DNA of 64,000 nucleotides from Chthoniobacteraceae bacterium (GTDB lineage Bacteria > Verrucomicrobiota > Verrucomicrobiia > Chthoniobacterales > Chthoniobacteraceae): assembly GCA_031409335.1 (NCBI GenBank), contig JANNWY010000002.1:1-64000 (forward strand). Direction: 5' to 3'. Below, in pieces: positions 38,435 to 49,427 of the stretch. The stretch's first letter is position 1. Every line of letters starts with the position of its first letter. The notes beneath the pieces are model-generated. The model saw only the letters and a program-made list of their open reading frames with translations. It was not told the origin of the DNA and made no database searches. Position numbers and translations under genes: made by a program.

Positions 38435-38498
38435 ATTCGTCTGCCCGCCCAAATGAATGGCCGCAATTTGTGAAACTTTCGTTCACGTTCGCCGCGAA

Positions 38499-40727
38499 AT
38501 GAATACGCGCCTTCGCAGATTCTGCCGCAGGACCGTCATCGCGCTTTTCCTCGCCGCGCTGGCAATCGTCATCGGGCAGTGGCTCACGCCGTTTCCGGCG
38601 GCGCTGGAAAGTGAGCCGCCGGCAAGCACCGCGTTTCTCGACCGCCACGGGAAACCTTTGCGCACGCTGCTCGCGGAGGAGCAGCGGTTCGCGCGGCGGT
38701 GTTCCCTCCGGGACGTTTCGACGAACGTCATCGCCGCGACGCTTAGCGCGGAGGACAAACGGTTTCGTTCGCATTTCGGCGTGGATTTCCTGGCAATGGC
38801 GCGGGCGATTCGCGGCGGCGGGCGTTCGGGCGCTTCGACGATTTCGCAGCAAATCGTGAAGCTCGCGGAGCCGGGACCGCGCACGCTTTCCCGGAAGCTC
38901 GCGGAGATGTGGCTGGCGCTCCGAGTGGAGCGGAGCTGGGGGAAGGATCGCATCTTGGCCGAGTATCTGAACCGGCTCGACTACGGGAATCTCCAGGTCG
39001 GGATCGCGTCGGCGAGCCGTTACTATTTCGACAAGCCGCCGTCGGACTTGAGTGCCGCCGAGGCGGCGTTCCTCGCGGCGCTGCCAAAAGCGCCGACGCG
39101 GCTGAATCCGCACGCCAACTTCAGCGGAGCGCAGGAACGGCAGCGGTGGATTTTGCAGCGCATGAATTTGGACGGGAAACTCGATGCGGCGGCGCTGGCG
39201 CGCGCGGTGGATGAGCCGATTCGGCTGCGTTCGCGGGAGCGGGATTTTGAAGCGCCGCATTTCGTCGATCTGCTGCTGATGCGACGTGGGATATTGCGGC
39301 CCGAAGGCGGCGAAATCCGCACGACGCTCGATCTCGATCTGAACCGATTCGCCGAACGCGCGCTGACGGAAAATGTGCGGCGCATCGCGGACAAAAATGT
39401 GAGTGGCGGCGCGGCGGTGGTGATCGACAACGCGACCGGCGACGTGCTCGCGCTCGCGGGTGCGGGCGACTATTTCGAGGCGGGCGCGGGACAGGTGAAC
39501 GGCGCGTGGATGATCCGCTCGCCCGGCTCGGCTATGAAACCTTTCACCTATCTCCTCGCGATCGAAGCGGGCGCCAATCCCTGCACCATCGTCGCGGACG
39601 TGCCCACGGATTTCGCGACGCCTAACGGCATCTACCGGCCGAACAATTACAACCATCGTTTTTACGGCCCCGTGAGTCTGCGCTTCGCGCTCGGCAATTC
39701 GCTGAACGTCGCCGCGATCCGCGCGCTCGAACTCGCGGGCGGGCCGGAAGTCCTCCAGCGCGCGATGCGCAACGTTGGCATCACCACGCTCGATCACCCC
39801 GCAGACTACTACGGCCTCGGCCTCACACTCGGGAATGGCGAGGTGCGCCTGCTCGAACTCGCGAACGCTTTTGCCACCCTCGGACGGCTCGGCGTGCATC
39901 GCCCGTATCGCTTGCTGCGCGAGCACGGCGTTGTCCTGCCGGCGCGCCGCATTTTCGATAAAGGCGCGAGTTTTCTCGTGGCGGATATGCTCGCAGACAA
40001 TTCGGCGCGCGCGGCTTCGTTCGGGCTGAATTCGTATCTCGCGTTCGACTTTCCCGTCGCGTGCAAAACCGGCACGAGTTCCGACTATCGCGACAATTGG
40101 ACGGTCGGCTACACGCCGGAATTCACCGTCGCCGTTTGGGTCGGGAATCCTGACGGAAAGCCAATGCAGGGCATCACCGGCGTGACCGGCGCGGCTCCCG
40201 TGATGCACGAGATTTTCACGCATCTGCGCGCGCGTTTTGGGACGACGTGGTTCGAACCGCCCGCGCGTATTTCCACGCACACGATCGACCCGCTCACGGG
40301 ACGCCTCGCCGCGCGCGACGGAGTTTTGGAGAAATGCCTGCACATTCCCGAACCCGCCCGCGCGGATGACTGCGACGAGCAGGGCCGCGTCCGTCTTCCC
40401 GCTATTTACGCCGGATGGCTCGCGAGTCCGCAGAACAGCCTCGGCGATCTCGTCGCGAGCGCGGAGTCCTCGCCGGAGATGCGCATCCTGCAACCCGCGG
40501 CGGGCAGCATTTACTATCTCGATGGCGACCTCGCGCCGGACAGTCAGTGCATCCCACTTCGCGCGGAGGCGCGGGGGAACGTCGAGTGGTCGTGCGATTC
40601 GCTGCCGCTCGCGACCACCGACGCCGGCCAGCGCGCGGAGATTCGCGAAGGCCGTCACACCATCCTCGCGCGGGAAATTTCCAGCGGGCGCAAAGTGACG
40701 ACGTGGATCGAAGTGAAGCGGTGGTAG
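38499..40727 (+). CDS. pbpC: Penicillin-binding protein 1C
   Basis: [27 protein letters not shown] and KTGTS motifs; close to the A2M gene. Confidence 0.9.
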   Translation: MNTRLRRFCRRTVIALFLAALAIVIGQWLTPFPAALESEPPASTAFLDRHGKPLRTLLAEEQRFARRCSLRDVSTNVIAATLSAEDKRFRSHFGVDFLAMARAIRGGGRSGASTISQQIVKLAEPGPRTLSRKLAEMWLALRVERSWGKDRILAEYLNRLDYGNLQVGIASASRYYFDKPPSDLSAAEAAFLAALPKAPTRLNPHANFSGAQERQRWILQRMNLDGKLDAAALARAVDEPIRLRSRERDFEAPHFVDLLLMRRGILRPEGGEIRTTLDLDLNRFAERALTENVRRIADKNVSGGAAVVIDNATGDVLALAGAGDYFEAGAGQVNGAWMIRSPGSAMKPFTYLLAIEAGANPCTIVADVPTDFATPNGIYRPNNYNHRFYGPVSLRFALGNSLNVAAIRALELAGGPEVLQRAMRNVGITTLDHPADYYGLGLTLGNGEVRLLELANAFATLGRLGVHRPYRLLREHGVVLPARRIFDKGASFLVADMLADNSARAASFGLNSYLAFDFPVACKTGTSSDYRDNWTVGYTPEFTVAVWVGNPDGKPMQGITGVTGAAPVMHEIFTHLRARFGTTWFEPPARISTHTIDPLTGRLAARDGVLEKCLHIPEPARADDCDEQGRVRLPAIYAGWLASPQNSLGDLVASAESSPEMRILQPAAGSIYYLDGDLAPDSQCIPLRAEARGNVEWSCDSLPLATTDAGQRAEIREGRHTILAREISSGRKVTTWIEVKRW

Positions 40728-40774
40728 TCCGCGGTGTTGCCGCCGCCAAACTTCTCCGCTTAGTCTCACCGCCC

Positions 40775-42037
40775 ATGTCGAAATCCACCGACTCTGCCTA
40801 CAAACTTGCCCGCGAACGCTACGCCAAACTCGGCGTCGATGCCGACGCTGCGCTGAAGCAACTCAACCGCATCGCCATCTCGCTACACTGCTGGCAGGGC
40901 GACGATGTGGGCGGTTTTGAAACGGGAAGCGGCGCGCTCGGCGGCGGGCTGGCCGTGACGGGAAATCATCCGGGCAAAGCGCGCACGCCGGATGAATTGC
41001 GCGCGGACATCGACAAGGCGCTGTCGCTCATTCCCGGAAAACACCGGCTGAATCTGCACGCTTTCTACGGGGAGTTTGGCGGGAAAAAAGTGGACCGCGA
41101 CCAAATCGAACCCGCACATTTCAAGGGGTGGATCGCTTGGGCAAAACGGAACGGGCTCGGCCTCGATTTTAACCCGACATGCTTCTCGCACCCGAAAGCA
41201 GCGGACGGTTTCACGCTGTCGCATCGCGACTCGGGCGTGCGGAATTTCTGGATCGAACACTGCCAGCGCAGCCGCGAGATCGGCGCGGCGATGGGCAAAG
41301 CGCTCGGCTCACCGACCGTGACGAACGTGTGGATTCCCGACGGCTACAAAGACACGCCCGCCGACCGCAAAGCGCCACGCGAACGCCTCGCCAAATCGCT
41401 CGACGCCATCTTCAAAAAACCGCTGAACGCGAAGCACAATCTTGACGCGGTGGAGCCAAAGCTCTTCGGAATCGGGAGTGAAAGTTACGTCACCGGCTCG
41501 CACGAGTTTTACCTCGGCTACGCGATCACGCGGCAGAAATTGCTGTGCCTCGATGCCGGTCACTACCACCCGACGGAAGGCATCGCCGACAAGATTTGCA
41601 GCGTCCTGCAATACGTCCCGCGCCTGCTGCTGCACGTGAGCCGCGGCGTGCGCTGGGATAGCGATCACGTCGTCACCTTCACCGACGAACTCCAGGCCAT
41701 CGCGCACGAGTTGGTCCGCGGCGATTTCCTCGACCGCGTGCATCTCGGCCTCGACTACTTCGACGCGAGCATCAACCGCGTCGCCGCCTGGGTCATCGGC
41801 ACGCGCAATTTCCAAAAGGCGCTGCTGCTCGCCCTGCTCGAACCGCGCAAACTCCTGCGCGACGCAGAAGCTGCCGGAGATTTTACGACGCGCCTCGCCT
41901 TGCAGGAAGAGGCGAAGTCGATGCCGTTCGGCGCAGTCTGGGATCGGTTCTGCGAAGAGAAAGGCACGCCCGCCGGCGCGGCGTGGCTCGCGGAAGTGAA
42001 GCGTTACGAGAGCAGCGTGCTTTCAAAACGCGGCTAA
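40775..42037 (+). CDS. rhaA: L-rhamnose isomerase
   Basis: [39 protein letters not shown]-x-[16 protein letters not shown]. Confidence 0.95.
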   Translation: MSKSTDSAYKLARERYAKLGVDADAALKQLNRIAISLHCWQGDDVGGFETGSGALGGGLAVTGNHPGKARTPDELRADIDKALSLIPGKHRLNLHAFYGEFGGKKVDRDQIEPAHFKGWIAWAKRNGLGLDFNPTCFSHPKAADGFTLSHRDSGVRNFWIEHCQRSREIGAAMGKALGSPTVTNVWIPDGYKDTPADRKAPRERLAKSLDAIFKKPLNAKHNLDAVEPKLFGIGSESYVTGSHEFYLGYAITRQKLLCLDAGHYHPTEGIADKICSVLQYVPRLLLHVSRGVRWDSDHVVTFTDELQAIAHELVRGDFLDRVHLGLDYFDASINRVAAWVIGTRNFQKALLLALLEPRKLLRDAEAAGDFTTRLALQEEAKSMPFGAVWDRFCEEKGTPAGAAWLAEVKRYESSVLSKRG

Positions 42038-42046
42038 CACGCCCGG

Positions 42047-43552
42047 ATGTCCGCTCCGCTGCTGCAACTTTCCGGAGTTCAAAAATCCTTCGGCGCAGTC
42101 CGTGCGTTGAAAGGCGTGTCGTTTGAATTGATCGCTGGCGAAGTCCACGCATTGCTCGGCGAAAACGGCGCGGGGAAATCCACGCTCATCAAAGTCATCA
42201 CCGGCGCGCATCAGCCGGACGGCGGCACGATCACCGTCGCTGGCGAGGAAGTCTCGCAGCTCACTCCGTCGAAAGCGCGCGCCCTCGGCATCGCCTGTAT
42301 CTATCAGCAACCGGCGCTCTTCCCCGATCTCTCCGTCGCGGAAAATATCGCGCTCCGTCTCGAAAAAACGTCCGCGTTTCATCGCATCCGCTGGAAGGAA
42401 AGCGCGACTCGCGCGAAGGAACTCCTCCACCGCATCGGCGCGGAAATCGACCCGGCGAAGGAAGTCCGCGAGCTTTCCATGCCCGAGCAGCAGCTCGTGG
42501 AAATCGCCTGCGCGCTCGGCTCCGGCGCGCGCATCGTCATCATGGACGAGCCCACCGCTTCGCTCACTCAAAAGGAGCAGCATCTCCTTTTCGCCGTCGT
42601 CCGCGACCTCCGCGCGCAAGGCGTCGGCGTCATCTACATTTCGCACCGGCTGGAGGAAATCTTCGCGCTCGCAGATCGCGTCACCGTCCTCCGCGATGGT
42701 GAAAGCGTTGGCACGAATGCGGTCGATCAACTCAACGAAGCGCAGATGATCAAGCTGATGGTCGGGCGTGAAGTTTCCTCGATTTATCCGCCTGCCGAAG
42801 GCGTGCCGGGCGAGATCGTCCTCGCTTTGAAAAACGTCGGCTGCACCGCGAGTGGCGTGCGCGGGGTGACGATCGAAGTGCGCGCCGGCGAGATCGTCGG
42901 CATGGCCGGACTCGTCGGAGCGGGCCGCACGGAACTCGCGCGCATCCTTTTCGGCATCACGCCCGCCGATGCTGGAGAAATCAGCCTTCGCGGCCAGCGC
43001 ATCCGTATTTCCTCGCCCCAAAATGCCATCGCCCAAGGCATCGCCTACGTCCCCGAAGATCGCCGCCGACACGGCGTCATCTTGGAAATGCCGATCGCAC
43101 AAAACATGACAATGGCCATCCATCCCGCGCTCTTTCCCGGAAGCTGGCTGCGCTTCAACACCGAGACCAAACTCGCACAGGATTTCATCCGCGACCTCGG
43201 CATCAAAGCCTACGGTCCCGAAGCGCCGGGCGGTTCGCTCAGCGGCGGAAATCAGCAAAAAGTCAGCGTCGCCCGCTGGCTCGCCACGAAGCCGAAACTG
43301 CTCATCCTCGACGAACCGACGCAAGGCGTGGATGTCGGCGCAAAGGCGGAGATTCACAAGATCATCCGCGCCCTCGCGAAAGACGGGCTCGCCGTGCTGA
43401 TGATTTCCAGCGACCTCCCCGAAATCCTCGGCATGAGCGACCGCATCGCCGTGATGCGCGGCGGCGAACTCACCGCGATCCTCCCCGGTGGCAGCGACGC
43501 GCACACCGTCATGGCCGCCGCGCTCGGGCAAAGTGGAAAGGCGGCGGCGTGA
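42047..43552 (+). CDS. Sugar (probably rhamnose) ABC transporter ATP-binding protein
   Basis: GENGAGKST, MDEPTASL, LSGGNQQKV, LDEPTQGVDVG. Confidence 0.92.
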   Translation: MSAPLLQLSGVQKSFGAVRALKGVSFELIAGEVHALLGENGAGKSTLIKVITGAHQPDGGTITVAGEEVSQLTPSKARALGIACIYQQPALFPDLSVAENIALRLEKTSAFHRIRWKESATRAKELLHRIGAEIDPAKEVRELSMPEQQLVEIACALGSGARIVIMDEPTASLTQKEQHLLFAVVRDLRAQGVGVIYISHRLEEIFALADRVTVLRDGESVGTNAVDQLNEAQMIKLMVGREVSSIYPPAEGVPGEIVLALKNVGCTASGVRGVTIEVRAGEIVGMAGLVGAGRTELARILFGITPADAGEISLRGQRIRISSPQNAIAQGIAYVPEDRRRHGVILEMPIAQNMTMAIHPALFPGSWLRFNTETKLAQDFIRDLGIKAYGPEAPGGSLSGGNQQKVSVARWLATKPKLLILDEPTQGVDVGAKAEIHKIIRALAKDGLAVLMISSDLPEILGMSDRIAVMRGGELTAILPGGSDAHTVMAAALGQSGKAAA

Positions 43553-44475
43553 ACAAGTATTTCCGCGAACTCTCCGTCGCCTTTGCCCTCGCCCTGCTGG
43601 TTGGCGCGCTCGCCATTTTCGCCCCGCATTTTTTTGCCACGCAGCCGCTGCTCTCGCGCCTCACCGCGCAGACGCCCGCGCTCATCGCCGCGATCGGGAT
43701 GACGCTCGTCATCGTCTCGCGGCAGATCGACATTTCCATTGGCTCGCAGTTCGGCATGTGCGCGGTCATTGCCGGATTGCTCGCCGCGGCAAAGCTGCCG
43801 CTCGTTGTGGTGCTCGCCGTGGCGGTCGGCGCGGGCGCTCTCATGGGCGCGCTGAACGGCGCGCTCGTCGCCTGGCTCGGGCTGCCGAGCATCGTCGTGA
43901 CACTCGCGACGATGGTGACGTGGCAGGAGGCGCTGCGGCTGTGGCAGCAGGGGCGGCTGCTCAATCTGCCGCCCGGCGTGCAGTGGTTCGGACTCAGCCA
44001 GCCCGCGGGCCAGAAAGTGCTCATCATCCTGGCCGTCCTCGCCGCCGCGCTCGCAGCGTGGCTGATGAAAAACATCGCCGCTGGCCGTCGCGTGTATGCC
44101 GTCGGCACCGACGCCGAGGCGGCGCGGCTCGCGGGCATCGATCCGCGGCGCACGACGTTTGGCGTGTTCGTGCTGATGGGCGCGCTCACCGGCCTTGCTG
44201 CGATGATGAACGTGGTGCAATCCCCGCAAATCCAGCCGACCTGCGGCGACGGACTCGAGATGAAAGTGATCGCCGCTTGCGTCGTCGGCGGCGTCGCGGT
44301 GAGCGGCGGCCGCGGCAGTTTGTGGGGCGTCTTCCCCGGACTGCTTCTGCTCGCGAACGTCAACCCCGCGCTGACGCATTTCCACGTGCAGGCGTATTGG
44401 GAAAAAGCGATCCAGGGTTTCGTCATCCTGCTCGCCGTCATGGCCGACGGACTGCGCAGCAGGAGGAACCGCTAA
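43549..44475 (+). CDS. Sugar ABC transporter permease
   Basis: IDISIGS, PSIVVTLA, VVGGVAVSGGRG; multiple TM helices. Confidence 0.9.
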   Translation: MNKYFRELSVAFALALLVGALAIFAPHFFATQPLLSRLTAQTPALIAAIGMTLVIVSRQIDISIGSQFGMCAVIAGLLAAAKLPLVVVLAVAVGAGALMGALNGALVAWLGLPSIVVTLATMVTWQEALRLWQQGRLLNLPPGVQWFGLSQPAGQKVLIILAVLAAALAAWLMKNIAAGRRVYAVGTDAEAARLAGIDPRRTTFGVFVLMGALTGLAAMMNVVQSPQIQPTCGDGLEMKVIAACVVGGVAVSGGRGSLWGVFPGLLLLANVNPALTHFHVQAYWEKAIQGFVILLAVMADGLRSRRNR

Positions 44476-44494
44476 CTTGAAAACCGCCCTACCA

Positions 44495-44597
44495 TGACGC
44501 CGAAGGCTCTGGACTGCGGTGATTCCTTCACCGCTATCGTGTGCGCGTTCTCTAAAGCGGTGAAGGAATCACCGCAGTCCAAGAGCCTTCGGCGTCA
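44495..44597. repeat. Palindromic REP-like element, family A copy 2
   Basis: TGACGCCGAAGGCTCTGGACTGCGGTGATTCCTTCACCGCT / AGCGGTGAAGGAATCACCGCAGTCCAAGAGCCTTCGGCGTCA, near-perfect ~41-bp inverted repeat. Confidence 0.9.
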
Positions 44598-44607
44598 CTA
44601 AATTCCC

Positions 44608-45606
44608 ATGTCCAAAACTTCGCCTGCCGCCACTTGGAAAGCCCTGTTCGCCCGACACGAGACTATCCTGCTCTTCGTCCTCATCGCGGAGGTTGTGTTC
44701 TTCAATTCCGTTGGCCGGAATTTCGGCACCACCGACAACATCGCGAACATCGTCCGCCAATCCGTCGAAATCGGCCTGCTCGCTCTCGTCATGACGCCGA
44801 TCATCCTCACCGCTGGCATCGACCTCTCCGTCGGCTCGCTCATGGGCCTGTGCGCGGTCGTCTTCGGCATGTTGTGGAAAGACGCTGCCCTTCCTCCGTG
44901 GCTCGCAGCCATCGGCGCGGTCGCCACCGGCGCGCTCGGTGGCGGTGTGAATGCCGCGCTCATCACGCGCCTCGGCCTCCCGCCGCTCATCGTCACGCTC
45001 GGCACGTTCTCGCTTTTCCGCGGACTCGCCGAAGCCTTCACCGGCGGCACCAAGGCATACACGAATTTCCCCGAATCCTTCCTCGCGCTCGGCAATTCCT
45101 TTTTCCTCGGCGTGCCCGTGCAGGCATGGATTTTCATCGCCGCCGCCATCGCGATTTGGCTGCTCGTGCATCGCACCACTTTCGGGCGCGGCTTTCGCGC
45201 GATCGGCTTTGCGCCGGAGGGTGCGCGCTATGCGGGCATCCCGGTCGAGCGCCGCGTCGCGCTCGCCTACACGCTCGCGGGCGCGGTCGCGGGACTCGCG
45301 GCCGTCATCTTCGTCTCGCGAGTCACCGAGGCGCGGGCAAATGCGGGCATCGGCTACGAACTCGCCGCCATCACTGCGGTCGTGCTCGGCGGCACCAGCA
45401 TCTTCGGCGGAGTCGGCACCGTGCATGGCACGCTGCTTGGCGTCGCCGCAGTGGCCGTGCTCGCGAACGGCCTCTCGCGCATCATCAAAATCGTGGACAT
45501 CTCGCGCGAACTCTCCGGGATGCTCACCGGCGCGCTGCTGCTACTCGCGCTGGCGGCGGGGGCGTTTGGAAAATGGCTTGGCGCGCGGCGTCCGAAATCC
45601 GGGTAG
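44608..45606 (+). CDS. Sugar ABC transporter permease
   Basis: GIDLSVGS, PPLIVTLGT, VLGGTSIFGG. Confidence 0.9.
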   Translation: MSKTSPAATWKALFARHETILLFVLIAEVVFFNSVGRNFGTTDNIANIVRQSVEIGLLALVMTPIILTAGIDLSVGSLMGLCAVVFGMLWKDAALPPWLAAIGAVATGALGGGVNAALITRLGLPPLIVTLGTFSLFRGLAEAFTGGTKAYTNFPESFLALGNSFFLGVPVQAWIFIAAAIAIWLLVHRTTFGRGFRAIGFAPEGARYAGIPVERRVALAYTLAGAVAGLAAVIFVSRVTEARANAGIGYELAAITAVVLGGTSIFGGVGTVHGTLLGVAAVAVLANGLSRIIKIVDISRELSGMLTGALLLLALAAGAFGKWLGARRPKSG

Positions 45607-45720
45607 CACGCTCGTCCCGCCGAAACGAACTTTCAGAACGTATCGCTGCGAAGCGCGTGAACGAAATCCGAGACGACGCGTGAGTGAAGTCCGCGAAGGC
45701 GGGACGCGCGTTTTCCCCCG
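45599..45720. repeat. Degenerate palindromic element, family B copy 2, between convergent genes
   Basis: CGTCCCGCCGAAACGAACTTT...AAGTCCGCGAAGGCGGGACG resembles the core of 38268-38434. Confidence 0.65.
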
Positions 45721-45723
45721 ACC

Positions 45724-46479
45724 TCACTCTCCGTACGCCGCCACGCGGCTCTTCCAACCCGCCAGCCACCGCTGCTCATTCCGCGCGGGCGGCGAATTCT
45801 GCACGCGCCGTGTCAGGACCGCCGCCGCGCTCGCGCCAAACTCGCGCGCGCCGCCGCCGCCTTTCATCCCCGCCAGCACTTGCAACAGCCCCCAGCCTTC
45901 GCCGTTGTAGCGTTCCTCGGCCTTGATGCCTTCACCCTTGAAATTCACGTAGTCGATCAGCGCAAACGTCCCCGCGCCCGTCGCGCGAAGGCGCTCGAAT
46001 TGCGCGCGCACATTTTCGCGCTGCGCGGCCGGCGCAGCGGCGAGCATCTTCGGCAAACTCTCCGTCATCCGCTGCGCGAGAAAACGACTCTGCAACCGCA
46101 GCGTGTCGAAAAGCAGTTCACGCAGCTCCTTCGCCCGCGCACCCTGAAACTCTGCCTGAAACTCCGCGCGCGAATTCCACGGACAATCACCCTGCGCCCA
46201 CGCGGGCACCGCCGCGCCATTCGCCGCGAGGTATTTCGCCAGTTTCGGAAAACTCTCCTCAAACGGCCCGCGCTGCCCTTTCGGATACCAGATGAAATGT
46301 CCGATCCCGAGCGACGCGAAATTCTCGCCCGCGTTCCATGACGTCAGTCCGTCGCGCGTCCCGCCGCACTCGTTTTGCCAGACGCGGCGACCGATGGAGT
46401 CGAGTTCCTTGTCGGAAAGCGCGTGCGCGGGAACGATCGCGGTCATCAGCAAAAGCGGGGAAAGAAATCTGAAGTTCAT
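45724..46479 (-). CDS. Secreted hypothetical protein
   Basis: Signal peptide MNFRFL...AHA; blocks WQNECGG, SWNAGENFASLGIGHFIWYP, LIDYVNFKGEG. Confidence 0.75.
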   Translation of the reverse strand: MNFRFLSPLLLMTAIVPAHALSDKELDSIGRRVWQNECGGTRDGLTSWNAGENFASLGIGHFIWYPKGQRGPFEESFPKLAKYLAANGAAVPAWAQGDCPWNSRAEFQAEFQGARAKELRELLFDTLRLQSRFLAQRMTESLPKMLAAAPAAQRENVRAQFERLRATGAGTFALIDYVNFKGEGIKAEERYNGEGWGLLQVLAGMKGGGGAREFGASAAAVLTRRVQNSPPARNEQRWLAGWKSRVAAYGE

Positions 46480-46552
46480 TCCTCCGATCAAGTCACACCA
46501 AGAGCGCAAACTCCATTTGGAATTTCGGATCGCCCCGCTAGCATCGGCAGCC

Positions 46553-47626
46553 ATGGAAAAATCCGACGGAATGAACTACGCCCCCGAAGGCAAGCCCGCG
46601 CCCGTGGTCGCGCCCGGCGAGTTTGTCTTCGCCGCCGCCGCGCTTGATCACGGCCACATCTACGGCCAGTGCAAAGGCCTCACGGAAGCGGGCGGCGAGC
46701 TGAAATATGTCTTCGATCCCGACCCCGCGAAGGTGGAAAAATTCCGCGGCGTTTTCCCCAATGCCCAGCCGCTGCCGAGCCTGGCAGCGTTGCTCGACAA
46801 AAGTGAAATCAAGCTCGTCGCTGCCGCTGCCGTCCCTAGCGAACGCGGCCCGCTGGGCTGCCGCGTGATGGATTCCGGCAAAGATTATTTCACCGATAAA
46901 ACGCCCTTCACCACGCTCGCCCAGCTCGAAGCCGCCCGCGCGAAAGTCGCGGAGACGAAACGCAAATACGCGGTCTATTTCTCGGAAAGGCTGCACGTCG
47001 AATGCGCCGTGCGGGCCGGCCAGCTCATCGAACAGGGCGCGATCGGGCGCGTCGTGAATGTGATCGGCCTCGGCCCGCATCGCAGTTCACCCGCGTCGCG
47101 GCCGGACTGGTTTTGGTCGCGGGAAAAAACCGGCGGCATTCTTACCGACATTGGCTCGCACCAGTTCGAGCAGTTCCTGCATTACGCCGGGGCAAAGGAC
47201 GCGAAAGTCGTGAACGCCTCGGTCGCGAACTATCATCATAAGCAGTATCCGGAGTTCGAGGACTGGGGCGATGCGAACCTAGTCGCGGACAACGGCGCGA
47301 CGAACTACATCCGCATCGACTGGCTGAATCCCGACGGCCTGCGGACGTGGGGCGACGGGCGCACCTTCATCGTCGGCACCGAGGGCTACATGGAACTGCG
47401 GAAATATCTCAACGTCGCGACCGACCTGGAAGGCGATCACCTTTTTCTCGTCGATAAAACCGGCGAGCACCACATCCGCTGCCACGGCGAAGTCGGCTAC
47501 CCATACTTTGGCCAGCTCATCCTCGACTGCCTGAACCGCACCGAAAACGCAATGACGCAGGAGCACACCTTCAAAGCCGCCGAGCTATGCCTTATCGCGC
47601 AGGAGATGGCGCGGCGGATCGAATGA
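46553..47626 (+). CDS. Gfo/Idh/MocA family oxidoreductase
   Basis: LDHGHIYG, DKTP, GGILTDIGSHQ. Confidence 0.88.
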   Translation: MEKSDGMNYAPEGKPAPVVAPGEFVFAAAALDHGHIYGQCKGLTEAGGELKYVFDPDPAKVEKFRGVFPNAQPLPSLAALLDKSEIKLVAAAAVPSERGPLGCRVMDSGKDYFTDKTPFTTLAQLEAARAKVAETKRKYAVYFSERLHVECAVRAGQLIEQGAIGRVVNVIGLGPHRSSPASRPDWFWSREKTGGILTDIGSHQFEQFLHYAGAKDAKVVNASVANYHHKQYPEFEDWGDANLVADNGATNYIRIDWLNPDGLRTWGDGRTFIVGTEGYMELRKYLNVATDLEGDHLFLVDKTGEHHIRCHGEVGYPYFGQLILDCLNRTENAMTQEHTFKAAELCLIAQEMARRIE

Positions 47627-47635
47627 GGCGGGGAC

Positions 47636-48541
47636 TTACCCCTTCCACTTCTTCAGCAACGTGTCCGCCATTGCCGCGGGCGTCGGCGACACCGCGATCC
47701 CGGCAGCCTTCAAGGCCGCGATCTTGCCAGCGGCAGTCCCTTTTCCGCCAGAGACAATCGCCCCGGCGTGACCCATCCGCCGCCCCGGAGGCGCAGTCGC
47801 CCCGGCGATGAATGCCGCGATCGGCTTCGTGCAATGTTTCCCCGCCCACTCCGCCGCCCGCTCCTCGGCATCGCCGCCGATCTCCCCGATCATGATGATC
47901 GCCTCGGTTTCCGGGTCGTCGTTGAACATTTGCAGCACATCGAGATGGGAAGTCCCATTCACGGGATCGCCACCGATTCCGACACAGGTGCTTTGGCCAT
48001 AGCCACGGGTAGTTAGCTGCCACACTGCCTCGTAGGTCAGCGTCCCACTTCTGGAAACCACACCCACGTTGCCACGCTTGTGAATATACCCCGGCGCGAT
48101 GCCGATCCGGCAGCCGCCCTGCGATTTTTCACCGGTCCCCGGCGTCACGATGCCAGGGCAATTCGGCCCGATAAGTCGCGTCTTCGCACTACCCAGCACG
48201 TGTTTCACCTTCACCATGTCATTGACGGGAATCCCCTCCGTGATCGCCACCACCAGCTTCAGCTCCGCGTCGATGCACTCCAGGATGGCATCCGCCGCGA
48301 AGGGCGGAGGCACAAAGATCGCCGACACCGTCGCACCCGTCACCCGTGCTGCTTCTTCCACCGTGTCGAAAATCGGAATGCGATGCGTGCCATGATCAAA
48401 GGTCAACCCACCCTTCCCCGGCGTCACGCCCGCGACCACTTTCGTTCCATAGTCGAGCGAGAGCCTGGCATGCTTCGAGCCAAACTCGCCGGTGATACCC
48501 TGCACGAGCACTTTAGTTTCTGGAGTAACGTAGATAGCCAT
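47636..48541 (-). CDS. sucD: Succinyl-CoA synthetase alpha subunit
   Basis: [39 protein letters not shown]. Confidence 0.97.
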   Translation of the reverse strand: MAIYVTPETKVLVQGITGEFGSKHARLSLDYGTKVVAGVTPGKGGLTFDHGTHRIPIFDTVEEAARVTGATVSAIFVPPPFAADAILECIDAELKLVVAITEGIPVNDMVKVKHVLGSAKTRLIGPNCPGIVTPGTGEKSQGGCRIGIAPGYIHKRGNVGVVSRSGTLTYEAVWQLTTRGYGQSTCVGIGGDPVNGTSHLDVLQMFNDDPETEAIIMIGEIGGDAEERAAEWAGKHCTKPIAAFIAGATAPPGRRMGHAGAIVSGGKGTAAGKIAALKAAGIAVSPTPAAMADTLLKKWKG

Positions 48542-48559
48542 TGGTAAAAGGGTTCGCTG

Positions 48560-48937
48560 TTAGTGATGTCCGGGTTTGCGCCTGTGGATGACGAGGCTGT
48601 TTCCATCTGGATCAGCGACGACAGCCATGTGGCACACAGGAGATTCAAAAGGCTCAAGGCGGAAAGTAACACCCGCGGTCTTCAATTCAACGATGGCCGC
48701 ATCGAAATCCTCGACTTCCAGCGCCGCGGACCCTCCGTCCGTATTGGGTTTCCAATCCGGTGACATGTTAGTGATGGCCAGCGTGTGGGCGCCGATTTCG
48801 TATTCCACAAATTGCATCTCAGGCGTCGGCCCACCCACCATTCCGGGCGTCAGCCCCAGCAATCCCTCATAGAAAGCGCGGGCGCGGGGCATGTCGGTGA
48901 CTGGGTAGCCAGTGAAGGCGATTTCGGTGATTTTCAT
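48560..48937 (-). CDS. VOC/glyoxalase family protein
   Basis: V-x-DM-x-RARAFYEGLLG...DPDGN. Confidence 0.85.
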   Translation of the reverse strand: MKITEIAFTGYPVTDMPRARAFYEGLLGLTPGMVGGPTPEMQFVEYEIGAHTLAITNMSPDWKPNTDGGSAALEVEDFDAAIVELKTAGVTFRLEPFESPVCHMAVVADPDGNSLVIHRRKPGHH

Positions 48938-48941
48938 GGGT

Positions 48942-49427
48942 TCAGTCGGGAAGTTGGTTCGCATCCAGAATGGCCTTCAATTGCGCGACGACAAGCAAGT
49001 CCTTCGGTCTCCCCACCACTTTCTTTGCATGGATCAGCGTCGGGCAGTCCAGAAAGCGGCATTCACCAAAGGGCAGCTTGATCGAAACACTGTGTGCCCT
49101 GGCAAATTCGTAGTCCCCCACGTCCGGCAGCAAGCCCAGACAGTCGATCTGCCCGTAGTCGGTCTTGAGATAGACGTTCTTAAATCCAAGTGCCATGTCC
49201 GCAGGCAGGGTAAAGGGGATCTTCTGCGGCGTCATGCGATGGCATGGGTGCAAATCCGAAAACGCGGCATGGAGACGGCACAAGTTATCGCCCTGAAGCG
49301 GGCAGCAGATATCGACATCCAAGGTAACATACGTCGAACCATGGACGAATGCCGCGTAACCTCCGATGACAACGAATTCCACATCCTCCCGCACCAGCCG
49401 CTCAAGAAGCCCTTCAAGGTTCGCCAT
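48942..49427 (-). CDS. Nucleotidyltransferase-fold protein
   Basis: FVVIGGYA...T-x-DVD and C-terminal K-x-x-x-GRPKD. Confidence 0.8.
   Translation of the reverse strand: MANLEGLLERLVREDVEFVVIGGYAAFVHGSTYVTLDVDICCPLQGDNLCRLHAAFSDLHPCHRMTPQKIPFTLPADMALGFKNVYLKTDYGQIDCLGLLPDVGDYEFARAHSVSIKLPFGECRFLDCPTLIHAKKVVGRPKDLLVVAQLKAILDANQLPD

Noticed and set aside
38244..40769. N-terminal ~840 aa of the 1272-aa ORF 36951..40769
   Set aside because: Antisense to pbpC and running through a repeat; only the 3' ~420 codons look like a real protein.
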